From an uncultured Eubacteriales bacterium (GTDB lineage Bacteria; Bacillota; Clostridia; Oscillospirales; QAMX01): a DNA stretch of 64,000 nt. Location of the stretch: positions 598 to 64,597 of the forward strand of contig CAJLFQ010000001.1 of the NCBI GenBank assembly GCA_905205975.1, written 5' to 3'. Position 1 is the first letter of the stretch. Each line of letters begins with the position of its first letter. The notes beneath the pieces were generated by a model. The model was not told the DNA's origin. It did no database searches and saw only the letters and a program-made list of their open reading frames with translations. Both the position numbers and the translations under genes were made by a program. This document shows, one piece after another, positions 30,617 through 39,129 of this stretch.

Positions 30617-31567
30617 ATGAAGATTGAAAAAGATGCAAAAGAGCTTCGTGCCGTATATGCTGAGGGCCTGATCGCGCTGGCCGAAAAGGACGACCGCATT
30701 GTCATCTGTGAGGCCGACCTGATGAACGCCAACGGCACCAAAGCGTTTCTGAAAGCCTTCCCGGAGCGGACGTTTGACGTCGGCATCGCCGAAGCGAACA
30801 TGATCGGCGTCGCCGCCGGTCTGGCCGCCTGCGGAAAAATCCCGTTTGCCAACAGCTTCACGCCGTTTGCAACGCGCCGCTGCCTCGATCAGGTTACGAT
30901 TTCCTGCGCCTACACCAAACTGCCGGTCAAAATCGGCGGCACCGACCCCGGCATCTGCGCACAGCTCAACGGCGGTACGCACATGAGCCTGGAAGATATG
31001 GCGCTGATGCGCGCCATTGCCAACATGGTCGTGTTTGAGCCGACGGACGCCGAACAGTTCAGCCAGGCGATTCCGCAGATCGCATACAACGATTCGCCGA
31101 CGTACATCCGCATTCAGCGCACCGCGGCCGACAAAGTCTACGGTCCGGACTACCGCTTCCAGCTCGGCAAAGCCGACGTCCTGCGTGACGGCAAAGACGT
31201 TGTCATTTTCTGCTCCGGCATCATGGTCATCCGCTCGCTGGCCGCAGCGGAGATTCTGGCCGAACAGGGCATTGACGCCACCGTCGTCAACGTCCACACG
31301 CTGAAACCGCTCGACGAAGAAACCGTCTTGAAGTATGCCGCCAAGTGCCGCGCCGTCGTCACTGCGGAGAACCACTCGATCATCGGCGCACTGGGCGGCG
31401 CCGTTGCCGAAGTGCTCGCCGAAAAGTGCCCGACGGTCATGCGCCGCATCGGCGTCACAGATCACTTCGGTGAAGTCGGCAAGCTCGACTACCTGGAGAA
31501 GAAGTTCCACATGACGCCGTCTGACATCGCAGACGCGGCGAAGAGCGCAGTGGCAGCGAAAAACTAA
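30617..31567 (+). CDS. Transketolase, C-terminal (pyrimidine-binding) subunit
   Basis: 316 aa. FDVGIAEANMIGVAAGLA, TVVNVHTLKPLDEE. Confidence 0.9.
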   Translation: MKIEKDAKELRAVYAEGLIALAEKDDRIVICEADLMNANGTKAFLKAFPERTFDVGIAEANMIGVAAGLAACGKIPFANSFTPFATRRCLDQVTISCAYTKLPVKIGGTDPGICAQLNGGTHMSLEDMALMRAIANMVVFEPTDAEQFSQAIPQIAYNDSPTYIRIQRTAADKVYGPDYRFQLGKADVLRDGKDVVIFCSGIMVIRSLAAAEILAEQGIDATVVNVHTLKPLDEETVLKYAAKCRAVVTAENHSIIGALGGAVAEVLAEKCPTVMRRIGVTDHFGEVGKLDYLEKKFHMTPSDIADAAKSAVAAKN

Positions 31568-31663
31568 ACCAACGGCATTCACACCGATTCCCGGCTCCGG
31601 GATCCGTGCGGAATGACTGCCTCAATCCGCCGTGGTGGCAATTCATCGCGGCGGATTTGATTT

Positions 31664-31748
31664 GCGGGCATGGCGGAATTGGCAGACGCGCAGGATTTAG
31701 GTTCCTGTGGAGCAATTCGTGTGGGTTCAAGTCCCACTGCCCGCACCA
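31664..31748 (+). tRNA. tRNA-Leu (anticodon UAG), CCA encoded
   Basis: Acceptor gcgggca/tgcccgc. Anticodon stem cagga/tcctg with loop ttTAGgt. Long variable arm. T-arm gtggg-ttcaagt-cccac. Discriminator A plus CCA. Confidence 0.9.
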
Positions 31749-31750
31749 TA

Positions 31751-31782
31751 AAAGGGCTGCATCCATCATGCAGCCCTTTTAT
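31751..31782 (+). terminator. Rho-independent terminator after the tRNA
   Basis: aaagggctgca pairs with tgcagcccttt, followed by T residues. Confidence 0.8.
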
Positions 31783-31844
31783 ACGGCAAAATTTCAGCGA
31801 ACCGTTTTGCAGATCCATCACACGATGAACGAAGGTGAAATCCT

Positions 31845-33101
31845 GTGCAGCTTTTTTATGGCGTACCCGAAGATATCGAAAAATGGATGAACCTGATAGA
31901 GGAGGTTCGATGGAATTTCCCGGGTCTCGAAACACAGGAAAAGCTGGACGCGCATAAAACCACCGTCCTGCAATTTATGGAAAAGCGGCAGGCTGTCTGC
32001 GTAAAAGAAGAAGCCGAAATAGCCGGTGTTCTGTTGTTTTCGCGGAAACACAACATGATCTGCTGCCTTGCAGTGGCACCCCAATACCGCCGCCGCGGTG
32101 CAGCTACAATGCTGATGAACGAAGCGCTTGCCAATTTGGATCGGACAAAAGAAATAACGGTTTCTACGTTTCGGGCGGATGATGAAAACGGAGCGGCGCC
32201 GAGAGCGTTGTATGAGCAATTTGGTTTTGTTCCAGATGCGCTGATAGAGGAATTTGGTTACCCGAATCAAAAATTTGTCCTTTTCCCCGCCGGTGCAGAG
32301 CGAAAGGCCAGACAGATATCCACGAATCGTATGGTTTTGGAAATCAGCCAAATTCTCGCGGACTGTGACCCGACGATCTATTTGTATGGTTCGTCTGTGT
32401 TGGATGATTTCAGATTGGGTTGGAGCGATATTGATATCTTGGTTCTCACGGAGAAGCAAATATCTGAATCGCAGGCAGATTTGCTTGTAAATCTCCGCCA
32501 GACGATGCTCAAAGAGGAACCGGACAACCGTTATTACCGTTCTTTTGAAGGTGGTATGCTCACGAAGCGCGCCTTTCTCACAAACGCTGATGACCGGGTG
32601 GTTTATTGGGGCACGAGCGGGGAGCGCATTACGAACAGGTATTCGCTCGATAGCTTTTGCAAGGCAGAACTGATTGAACACAGCGTTCTTTTGCACGGAA
32701 AGGACATACGAAATGAACTGAAATATCCCGATTTGCACGAGCTGTATGCCGATGTGAATCGTCATTATCAGACGATCAGAAAGTACGCACAAAGCACCGG
32801 AAGAAATTTTTATGCGTTCGGCTGGCTGTTGGATATCTCCCGTTGCCTCTATACGCTTCGCACAGGCAGGATCATCTCGAAAACAAAGGCGGCAGCATGG
32901 GCGCTTCAAAACGACCTCTGCCCGGATGTGCACGCACTGACAACCGCATTGGATGTCCGCAGATGCCCGCTGAAATACCGGGATGATCAAGAGACGTTTG
33001 ACTATGCTGAAACGCTTGGCGAGCCTGTTCAGCGTTTTGCAGATGTATTGGAACAGGAATTGAAAGCAATCGCATCAGAAGAGGCGAAAAAATCGAATTG
33101 A
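31845..33101 (+). CDS. Fusion protein: N-terminal GNAT acetyltransferase + C-terminal aminoglycoside-nucleotidyltransferase-like (ANT/AadA-type) domain
   Basis: 418 aa.
- Residues about 1-150: GNAT core (CLAVAPQYRRRGAATMLMNEAL).
- Residues about 170-418: NTase signature LYGSSVLDDFRLGWSDIDILVLT, and an AadA-like C-terminal helical region (LLDISRCLYTLRTGRIISKTKAAAWAL).
- G+C is visibly lower than the flanks. Confidence 0.75.
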   Translation: MQLFYGVPEDIEKWMNLIEEVRWNFPGLETQEKLDAHKTTVLQFMEKRQAVCVKEEAEIAGVLLFSRKHNMICCLAVAPQYRRRGAATMLMNEALANLDRTKEITVSTFRADDENGAAPRALYEQFGFVPDALIEEFGYPNQKFVLFPAGAERKARQISTNRMVLEISQILADCDPTIYLYGSSVLDDFRLGWSDIDILVLTEKQISESQADLLVNLRQTMLKEEPDNRYYRSFEGGMLTKRAFLTNADDRVVYWGTSGERITNRYSLDSFCKAELIEHSVLLHGKDIRNELKYPDLHELYADVNRHYQTIRKYAQSTGRNFYAFGWLLDISRCLYTLRTGRIISKTKAAAWALQNDLCPDVHALTTALDVRRCPLKYRDDQETFDYAETLGEPVQRFADVLEQELKAIASEEAKKSN

Positions 33102-33116
33102 TAGTCCTCACATGCG

Positions 33117-33151
33117 CCGCTGCGGACGGTTTCGTCTGCGGCGGTGCTTTT
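33117..33151 (+). terminator. Rho-independent terminator
   Basis: ccgctgcggacg pairs with cgtctgcggcgg (two G-U pairs), followed by tgctttta. Confidence 0.65.
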
Positions 33152-33203
33152 ATGTCTGAAGCAAATCCCGTAGAAAAACCGCACAAAAAAACGAAAAAAG
33201 GTA

Positions 33204-33234
33204 TTGACCTAAAGCCAACTTCAGGGTGTATCAT
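33204..33234 (+). promoter_or_regulatory. Promoter with 19-nt spacer and internal dyad (MerR-style architecture)
   Basis: TTGACC 33204-33209, 19-nt spacer, TATCAT 33229-33234. The spacer holds CCTAAAG-N4-CTTCAGG, matching in 6 of 7 positions as an inverted repeat. Confidence 0.4.
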
Positions 33235-33287
33235 ATGTGTGGGCGAATTCCCCGTCCGAACGATCGCAGTCAGGAGGATGCATCCGG

Positions 33288-33731
33288 ATGAAACCACAGG
33301 AAGATCAGGCGCTGAAATCATTTGAACAACAGAATCTCTTTGGCAAGGGCAGCGAAAACAAAGCCTACGCCGCCTTTTTTACAGGCAATTCTTATCTGAA
33401 CCCGCTGACGCAGCCAGCGTGCGGGCTTTCTCTGGCCAACGTCACGTTTGAACCGGGATGCCGAAACCACTGGCACATCCACCATGCGTCTTCCGGCGAC
33501 GGTCAGATTCTGATCTGCACCGCAGGCGAGGGCTGGTATCAGGAGGAGGGCAAACCGGCCGTTTCTCTGCGGCCGGGCATGGTCGTGACCATTCCCGCCA
33601 ACGTTAAACACTGGCACGGCGCGCAAAAAAACAGCTGGTTCGCGCACATCGCGGTCGAAATCCCCGGCGAAAACAGCCGCACCGAATGGTGCGAACCGGT
33701 GCAGGACGACGCGTATGACGCGCTGGACTGA
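33288..33731 (+). CDS. Cupin-domain protein
   Basis: Start trimmed to ATG 33288 (RBS aggagg 33272-33277). Motifs NVTFEPGCRNHWHIHH ... GQILICTAGEGWYQ ... IPANVKHWHGA. Confidence 0.8.
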   Translation: MKPQEDQALKSFEQQNLFGKGSENKAYAAFFTGNSYLNPLTQPACGLSLANVTFEPGCRNHWHIHHASSGDGQILICTAGEGWYQEEGKPAVSLRPGMVVTIPANVKHWHGAQKNSWFAHIAVEIPGENSRTEWCEPVQDDAYDALD

Positions 33732-33753
33732 GCCGGAACGGAGGCAGACAGCG

Positions 33754-34414
33754 ATGAAACGATGGCGCATGCTTTTTGTCATGCTGGCGATGCTGCTGCT
33801 GACGGCATGCGGCGCTCAAAACGAGCCCGCGCAGACAACGCCCGCAGACACATCTCTGCCCACAGGACAGACAACGGAAGGGGATGTCTCCGTGCCCGAC
33901 ACATCCGGAGAGGAACCGGACAGTCAGCCGGGCAAGATTCTGGTCGCCTGGTTTTCAGCCACAGGCAGCACGAAACGCGCAGCCGAGATCCTTGCCGAAA
34001 CAACCGGCACAGACTGCTTCGCCATCGAGCCGGAACAGCCCTATACGGCGGAAGACCTCCGCTATAACCAAAAAGACAGCCGGGTCTGCCAGGAACATGA
34101 CGACCCGGCAACAGGTTCCGCTGGCGGTCGATACCCCGGCGGACTGGGTATCCTATGACGTTGTGTTTCTCAGCTATCCGATCTGGTGGGGCGGCGCGGC
34201 ATGGCCGGTAAGGTCGTTCGTTCGGCAGAATGATTTTGCAGGCAAAACGGTGATTCCGTTCTGCACCTCGGCGTCGTCCGCATTGGGCAGCAGCGCCGCA
34301 GACTTGGCGGCAGCGGCAAACGGCGGCACTTGGCGCACGGGGATGCGGTTCGCCTCCGACGCCGCGGCTTCCGACATTCAAACGTGGGCGGCAGAACAAA
34401 AAGACGGCAAATAG
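33754..34414 (+). pseudogene. Lipoprotein-type flavodoxin interrupted by a +1 frameshift
   Basis: Frame 1 gives MKRWRMLFVMLAMLLLTAC (lipobox LTAC) ... KILVAWFSATGSTKRAAEILAE ... DSRVCQEHDDP, then runs to a stop at 34156-34158. Frame 2 continues with the flavodoxin core VPLAVDTPADWVSYDVVFLSYPIWWGGAAWPVRSF ... GKTVIPFCTSASSALGSS. The switch lies between about 34093 and 34114. Confidence 0.75.
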
Positions 34415-34447
34415 GTAATTATCGGCATCAATCAGCGCCTCAAAAGG

Positions 34448-34496
34448 CATAAAAACATAAAGGCATAAAAAGCATAAACATAAAAAAGCATAAAAT
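34448..34496 (+). repeat. Six short CATAAA(A) repeats directly upstream of the AKR gene RBS
   Basis: CATAAA starts at 34448, 34456, 34464, 34473, 34479 and 34489. The run abuts ggaagga and the start at 34503. Confidence 0.6.
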
Positions 34497-34502
34497 GGAA
34501 GG

Positions 34503-35643
34503 ATGGATCGATATGAACAACTCCGGCCATGTGATCGGCCAGAACATCAAAAACTGGGCTTTGGCTGTATGCGGCTGCCGATGAAAGGCGAAGAAGTGGA
34601 CCTGGCTGCATTCGCCGAAATGGCGGACCGGTTTCTGGCGGAAGGCTTCTGCTATTTTGACACCGCGCGCGTCTATCTGAACGGCCAAAGCGAGACGGCC
34701 ATCCGCGAATGCGTCGCAAAGCGGTACCCGCGGGAACGGTTTTTGCTGACGGATAAGCTGTCCAACGCGCTGTTCAGCAAAGAGGAAGAGATTCGCCCGC
34801 TGTTTGAAAAACAGCTGGAATCCTGCGGCGTGACCTTTTTTGATTATTACCTCATGCACGCGCAGACCAAGCAGATCTTTGAAAAATACAAGCGCTGCCA
34901 TGCCTATGAAACGGCGCTGGCACTCCGCGATGAAGGCAAGATCCGGCATTTCGGCATTTCCTTCCATGATACGGCCGCCGTTTTGGCGGAAATCCTGACC
35001 GAATACCCGCAGATTGAAGTTGTGCAGCTTCAGCTCAACTATCTGGATTTTGACGATCCCGCGGTTCAGGCCGGGCGGTGTTATGAGGTCTGCCAGCAGT
35101 TCGGCAAGCCGGTCATCGTGATGGAGCCTGTGCGGGGCGGCAGTCTGGCGCGCCTGCAGGAAGAGGCGCAGAAAATCCTGGCAGACCTGCACGGCGGCAG
35201 TGCGGCGAGCTATGCCATCCGCTATGCCGCAGGCTTTGAAAACGTCCGGATGGTGCTGTCCGGCATGAGCGACATGGCGCAGATGACAGATAACCTCTCC
35301 TATATGAAATCGTTTCAGCCGCTTTCTGTCCGTGAACAGGAGGCCGTCAGCCGGGTGTGCGCGATCTTCCGTTCCATGCACCTGATCCCCTGCACTGCCT
35401 GCCGCTACTGCAACGGACGGCTGTCCGAAGCACATTGAAATCCCGAACCTCTTCTCCTGCATGAATTCGGTCCGCCTTTATAAGGACTGGAACGCCTCGT
35501 ACTACTATCACGAAGTGTATACCAAAAACAACGGCAAAGCGTCGGACTGCATCGGCTGCGGCAAATGCGAAAAAGCCTGCCCGCAGCATCTGCCGATTCG
35601 TTCGCTGCTGAGAGACGTTGCAAAGGAGTTTGAAACCAAATGA
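34503..35643 (+). pseudogene. Aldo/keto reductase with C-terminal 4Fe-4S domain, interrupted by a +1 frameshift
   Basis: The AKR core (LGFGCMRLP ... YFDTARVY ... HFGISFHD) runs to CTACRYC, then stops at 35436-35438. The next frame reads DGCPKHIEIPNLFSCMNSVRLY...CIGCGKCEKACPQHLPI, ending at 35643. Removing one A at 35412/35413 restores CxxCxxCxxxCP. Confidence 0.8.
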
Positions 35644-36740
35644 TGACATACCGAAAGCTGCCGCACGGCGAGGAACAGATTTTCGTACTGGGGCTCGGCA
35701 TGGGCGGCATTCAGAATGCCGATCCGGCGGAAATTGAAGCGGTAATCCGCAAAGCGATTCAGAACGGCATCAACTTCTTTGACCTCTGCGGCGGCGGCAC
35801 AGCCATCTATGCGCCGTTTGGCCGCGCCATCGCCGGAAAACGCGAACAGGTCTTCTTCCAGCTGCATTTCGGCGCGGTCTACAACGAAGCGGGCGAATAC
35901 GGCTGGTCGCGCGATTGGAACCGCATTCAGGAAACGTTCGCATGGGAGCTGGAAACCCTGCAAACCGACTATGTGGATTTCGGCTTCCTGCACTGCGTGG
36001 ATGAAGAGAGCGACTGGGCGGAGATCCAGCGCGCCGGCATCCTCGATGCGGTGTGCGCCCTGAAGGAAAAAGGTGTCGTCCGCCATATCGGCTTTTCCTC
36101 ACACACGCCGTCGGTCGCCAATCAGCTGCTGGACACCGGCCTGATGGACATGATGATGTTTTCCATCAACGCCGCCTATGACCTCGAATGCGGCGATTCA
36201 TACGGCATCGGAACGACTGCGGAGCGCTCAGAGCTGTTCCGCCGCTGCGAGGCGGAAGGCGTCGGCATTTCCGTCATGAAGCCCTTCCACGGCGGCCAGC
36301 TTCTGTCGGACGCCACCTCACCCTTCCACCGGGCGCTGACCAAAAATCAGTGCCTGCAATATGTCCTCGACCGTCCGGCCGTTTTATCGGCTGTTCCGGG
36401 CGTCCGCAGCCTTGCGGATCTGGACGCGCTCCTGCCCTTCTTGCAGACGACGCCAAAAGAAAACGACTACGCGGTGATCGGCAGCTTTACGCCGCAGAAC
36501 GCCGTCGGAAACTGCGTCTACTGCAATCACTGCCAGCCCTGCCCGGCCGGAATCGATGTCGGGCTGGTCAACAAATACTATGACCTTTCCCGCGCGGGCG
36601 ACCAAATGGCGCACGACCACTACGGCAAGCTGGCCATCAAAGCCGACGTCTGCCTCCAATGCGGCCACTGCGACAGCCGCTGTCCGTTCGGCGTCGCCCA
36701 GCAGGCCAGAATGCAGGAAATCGCCGCCTATTTCGCCTGA
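35640..36740 (+). CDS. Aldo/keto reductase-like oxidoreductase with C-terminal 4Fe-4S cluster domain
   Basis: 366 aa. ATGA start/stop overlap with the upstream gene. RHIGFSSHTP. C-terminal CVYCNHCQPCPAGIDV ... CLQCGHCDSRCPFGV. Confidence 0.85.
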   Translation: MMTYRKLPHGEEQIFVLGLGMGGIQNADPAEIEAVIRKAIQNGINFFDLCGGGTAIYAPFGRAIAGKREQVFFQLHFGAVYNEAGEYGWSRDWNRIQETFAWELETLQTDYVDFGFLHCVDEESDWAEIQRAGILDAVCALKEKGVVRHIGFSSHTPSVANQLLDTGLMDMMMFSINAAYDLECGDSYGIGTTAERSELFRRCEAEGVGISVMKPFHGGQLLSDATSPFHRALTKNQCLQYVLDRPAVLSAVPGVRSLADLDALLPFLQTTPKENDYAVIGSFTPQNAVGNCVYCNHCQPCPAGIDVGLVNKYYDLSRAGDQMAHDHYGKLAIKADVCLQCGHCDSRCPFGVAQQARMQEIAAYFA

Positions 36741-36776
36741 CCGGCACATTGCGGCCAGCAGCAACGCAATACCTTC

Positions 36777-36845
36777 AAACCTGCGCCCTGCGCGTTCGGA
36801 ACAGCATCGAACGCGCAGGGCGCAGGTTTGTATTTCGGTTTTCAG
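36777..36845. terminator. Long bidirectional terminator between convergent genes
   Basis: Stem of about 22 bp: aaacctgcgccctgcgcgttcg pairs with cgaacgcgcagggcgcaggttt, followed by gtatttcggtttt. Confidence 0.85.
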
Positions 36846-36855
36846 ATGGTTTGAA

Positions 36856-39036
36856 TCAAATCGAGGAAGCGGTTTCGTGCGCCTTGTTTTCGGTCGGAAT
36901 CCCTTTCATTGTCAGCGAAATCCGCTTTTTCTTCGCGTCGCAGGCAAGTACCTTGACGGAGACGATGTCGCCGACGTGCAGGCATTCGGACGGATGTTTG
37001 ATGAAGCGGTCGGCAATCTGCGAGACGTGAACGAGCCCGTCTTGATGGACGCCGATGTCGATGAATGCGCCGAAATCGGTCAGATTGCGCACCGTTCCCT
37101 TCAGAATCATCCCTTCGTGCAGGTCGGAGAGATCCATGACGTCCGTCCGCAACAGCGGCGGCGGCAGGGTATCGCGGACGTCGCGCCCTGGACGGATCAG
37201 CTCCGCGACGATATCCGTCAGCGTCGGAACGCCGATCGCCAGTTCCGCGGCCAGCGGTTCCAGTCCGGCGGCATCGACGAGCTCCCGCAAAACCGGCAGT
37301 CCGCCGGCGGCGTCTGCGGGCTGGAATCCGAAGTGCGCCAGCAGCGCAGTCGCTGCGGCATAGCTCTCCGGGTGAACGCCCGTGCGGTCGAGCGGGTTCC
37401 GGCTCTCCGGCACGCGCAAAAAGCCCGCGCACTGCTCAAACGCCTTGGGGCCGAGCTTCGGCACTTTTTTGAGTTCGCTCCGCGTGTGGAACGCGCCGTT
37501 CTCCTCGCGATAAGCGACGATATTCTTCGCAACCGCCGCACTCAGCCCGGCGATGTGCGAAAGCAGCGCCGGACTGGCGGTGTTCAGATCGGCGCCGACG
37601 CGGTTGACGCAGTCTTCGACCACGCCGTCCAGCGCTTCTTCCAGCCGTTTCTGCGGCATGTCGTGCTGATACTGCCCGACGCCGATGGCCTTTGGCTCAA
37701 TTTTTACGAGTTCCGCCAGCGGATCCTGCAAACGACGCGCAATCGACGCGGCGCTGCGCAGCGTCAGATCGAGCGACGGCAGCTCTTCCGCCGCCAGCTT
37801 GGACGCCGAATAGACGGATGCGCCCGCTTCGCTGACGACCATGTAGGACACGGGGCGATCCAGCGATTTCAGCACATCGACGGCAAACAGCTCCGTCTCC
37901 TTGGAGGCGGTGCCGTTGCCGATGGCCAGCACGTCGGCATGATGCCGTTCAATCAAACGGCGGAGAGCCGCTTTGGACTGTGCGATTTTCTCGGCGGAAT
38001 GCGTCGGATAGAGTACGGCGGTGTCCAGCACTTTGCCCGTCGGATCGACGACGGCGACCTTGCACCCGGTACGGTATCCGGGGTCCAGCCCAACGACCGT
38101 TTTGCCGCGCACCGGCGGCTGCATCAGCAGCTGCCGCAGATTGAGCGCAAACACGGAGATGGCCGATTCGTCGGCGCGGCGCGTCAGCTCCGCGCGCGTC
38201 TCACGCTCTACCGATGGGAACAGAAGCCGGTCATAGGCGTCGTCCGCCGCGGCGGAAACGACGCGGGCACAGGCGGAGTCGTTTTTCAAAAGCAGCCGGT
38301 GCAGAACGGAAAGCGGTCGTTCGGCATCCATCTGGATGCTGACGCGCAGTTTTTCTTCTTTTTCGCCGCGGTCCAGCGCCAGAATCCGGTGCGCAGGGAT
38401 TTTGGCGACCGGTTCCTGATAATCGGCGTACGGCGCGTAAACCGTATCGGCGTCGCCGATCGCAGCGGAGCGAATGACGCCATTCATCCAGACCAAATTC
38501 CGGATGCGTCCGCGCAGCGCGGCATCGTCGGAGATCTCCTCCGCGAGGATGTCCTGCGCGCCGGCCAACGCTGCTTCTGCCGAATCGACGCCCTTTTCGG
38601 CGTCCAGATAGGCGGCCGCCAGCTGGAGCGGGTCGTCGCCGGAGTGCTGTTCACGAATCTGCCCGGCCAGCGGCGCAAGCCCTTTCTCACGCGCGATGGA
38701 GGCGCGCGTCTTGCGCTTCGGACGGAACGGCCGGTAGACGTCGTCGATTTCCGTGACGGTTGCGGCGCGGTCAAGCGCAGCGGCGACGTCATCGCCCAGC
38801 TGCCCCTGCGCGGCGATCAACGCCCGGACTTCTTCCCGGCGGGTGTCGATGGCGCGCAGCGCAGTCAGCCGGTCGCAGAAGGCGCGCAGCGTCTGATCGT
38901 CCATCGAACCGTGCATTTCCTTGCGGTATCGCGCGATGAAAGGGATGGTGTTGCCCGCGTCAAAAAGGTCGATGATGTTGGCGGCATATCCGGGTTTCGT
39001 ATGGAATTCTGCGGCAAGCTGGTCATGATACGGCAT
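36856..39036 (-). CDS. tex: Tex-like transcription accessory protein (S1 RNA-binding domain)
   Basis: 726 aa. N-terminus ...IIDLFDAGNTIPFIARYRKEMHGSMDD, a YqgF/HhH middle region, and a C-terminal S1 domain (GTVRNLTDFGAFIDIGVHQDGLVHVSQI). Confidence 0.92.
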   Translation of the reverse strand: MPYHDQLAAEFHTKPGYAANIIDLFDAGNTIPFIARYRKEMHGSMDDQTLRAFCDRLTALRAIDTRREEVRALIAAQGQLGDDVAAALDRAATVTEIDDVYRPFRPKRKTRASIAREKGLAPLAGQIREQHSGDDPLQLAAAYLDAEKGVDSAEAALAGAQDILAEEISDDAALRGRIRNLVWMNGVIRSAAIGDADTVYAPYADYQEPVAKIPAHRILALDRGEKEEKLRVSIQMDAERPLSVLHRLLLKNDSACARVVSAAADDAYDRLLFPSVERETRAELTRRADESAISVFALNLRQLLMQPPVRGKTVVGLDPGYRTGCKVAVVDPTGKVLDTAVLYPTHSAEKIAQSKAALRRLIERHHADVLAIGNGTASKETELFAVDVLKSLDRPVSYMVVSEAGASVYSASKLAAEELPSLDLTLRSAASIARRLQDPLAELVKIEPKAIGVGQYQHDMPQKRLEEALDGVVEDCVNRVGADLNTASPALLSHIAGLSAAVAKNIVAYREENGAFHTRSELKKVPKLGPKAFEQCAGFLRVPESRNPLDRTGVHPESYAAATALLAHFGFQPADAAGGLPVLRELVDAAGLEPLAAELAIGVPTLTDIVAELIRPGRDVRDTLPPPLLRTDVMDLSDLHEGMILKGTVRNLTDFGAFIDIGVHQDGLVHVSQIADRFIKHPSECLHVGDIVSVKVLACDAKKKRISLTMKGIPTENKAHETASSI

Positions 39037-39129
39037 GAAAGGACACTCCTCGTGCTGTTTCGATATGGCAGAGCGCCCGAAACAAATCCGGGCGCTCTTG
39101 AAAATTGAAAAATGGGTTCCGGGAAACGC

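Noticed and set aside
27830-31582. 1250-aa ORF on the minus strand spanning the PPIase and transketolase genes
   Set aside because: It is antisense to three well-supported plus-strand genes with clear family motifs. Its translation is low-complexity (rich in R/A/G/V/D/F) with no recognisable domain. Long shadow ORFs of this kind are expected in high-G+C DNA.
31664-36760. tRNA-Leu-adjacent integrative element or genomic island
   Set aside because: Only the GNAT-ANT gene is compositionally deviant. No integrase, recombinase or excisionase is present. I could not find a direct repeat of the tRNA 3' end (gttcaagtcccactgcccgcacca) downstream. Horizontal acquisition therefore remains an inference, and no mobile element is called.
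39070-39098. Terminator between trpB2 and tex
   Set aside because: A good 10-bp stem (agagcgcccg/cgggcgctct) exists, but there is no U-tract on the minus (transcribed) strand. It may be a processing or partial-termination structure, so it is not called as a terminator.
36556-39108. 850-aa plus-strand ORF overlapping tex
   Set aside because: It mirrors the Tex gene, whose translation has diagnostic motifs. The shadow frame is Arg/Gly/Ala-rich with no motifs.
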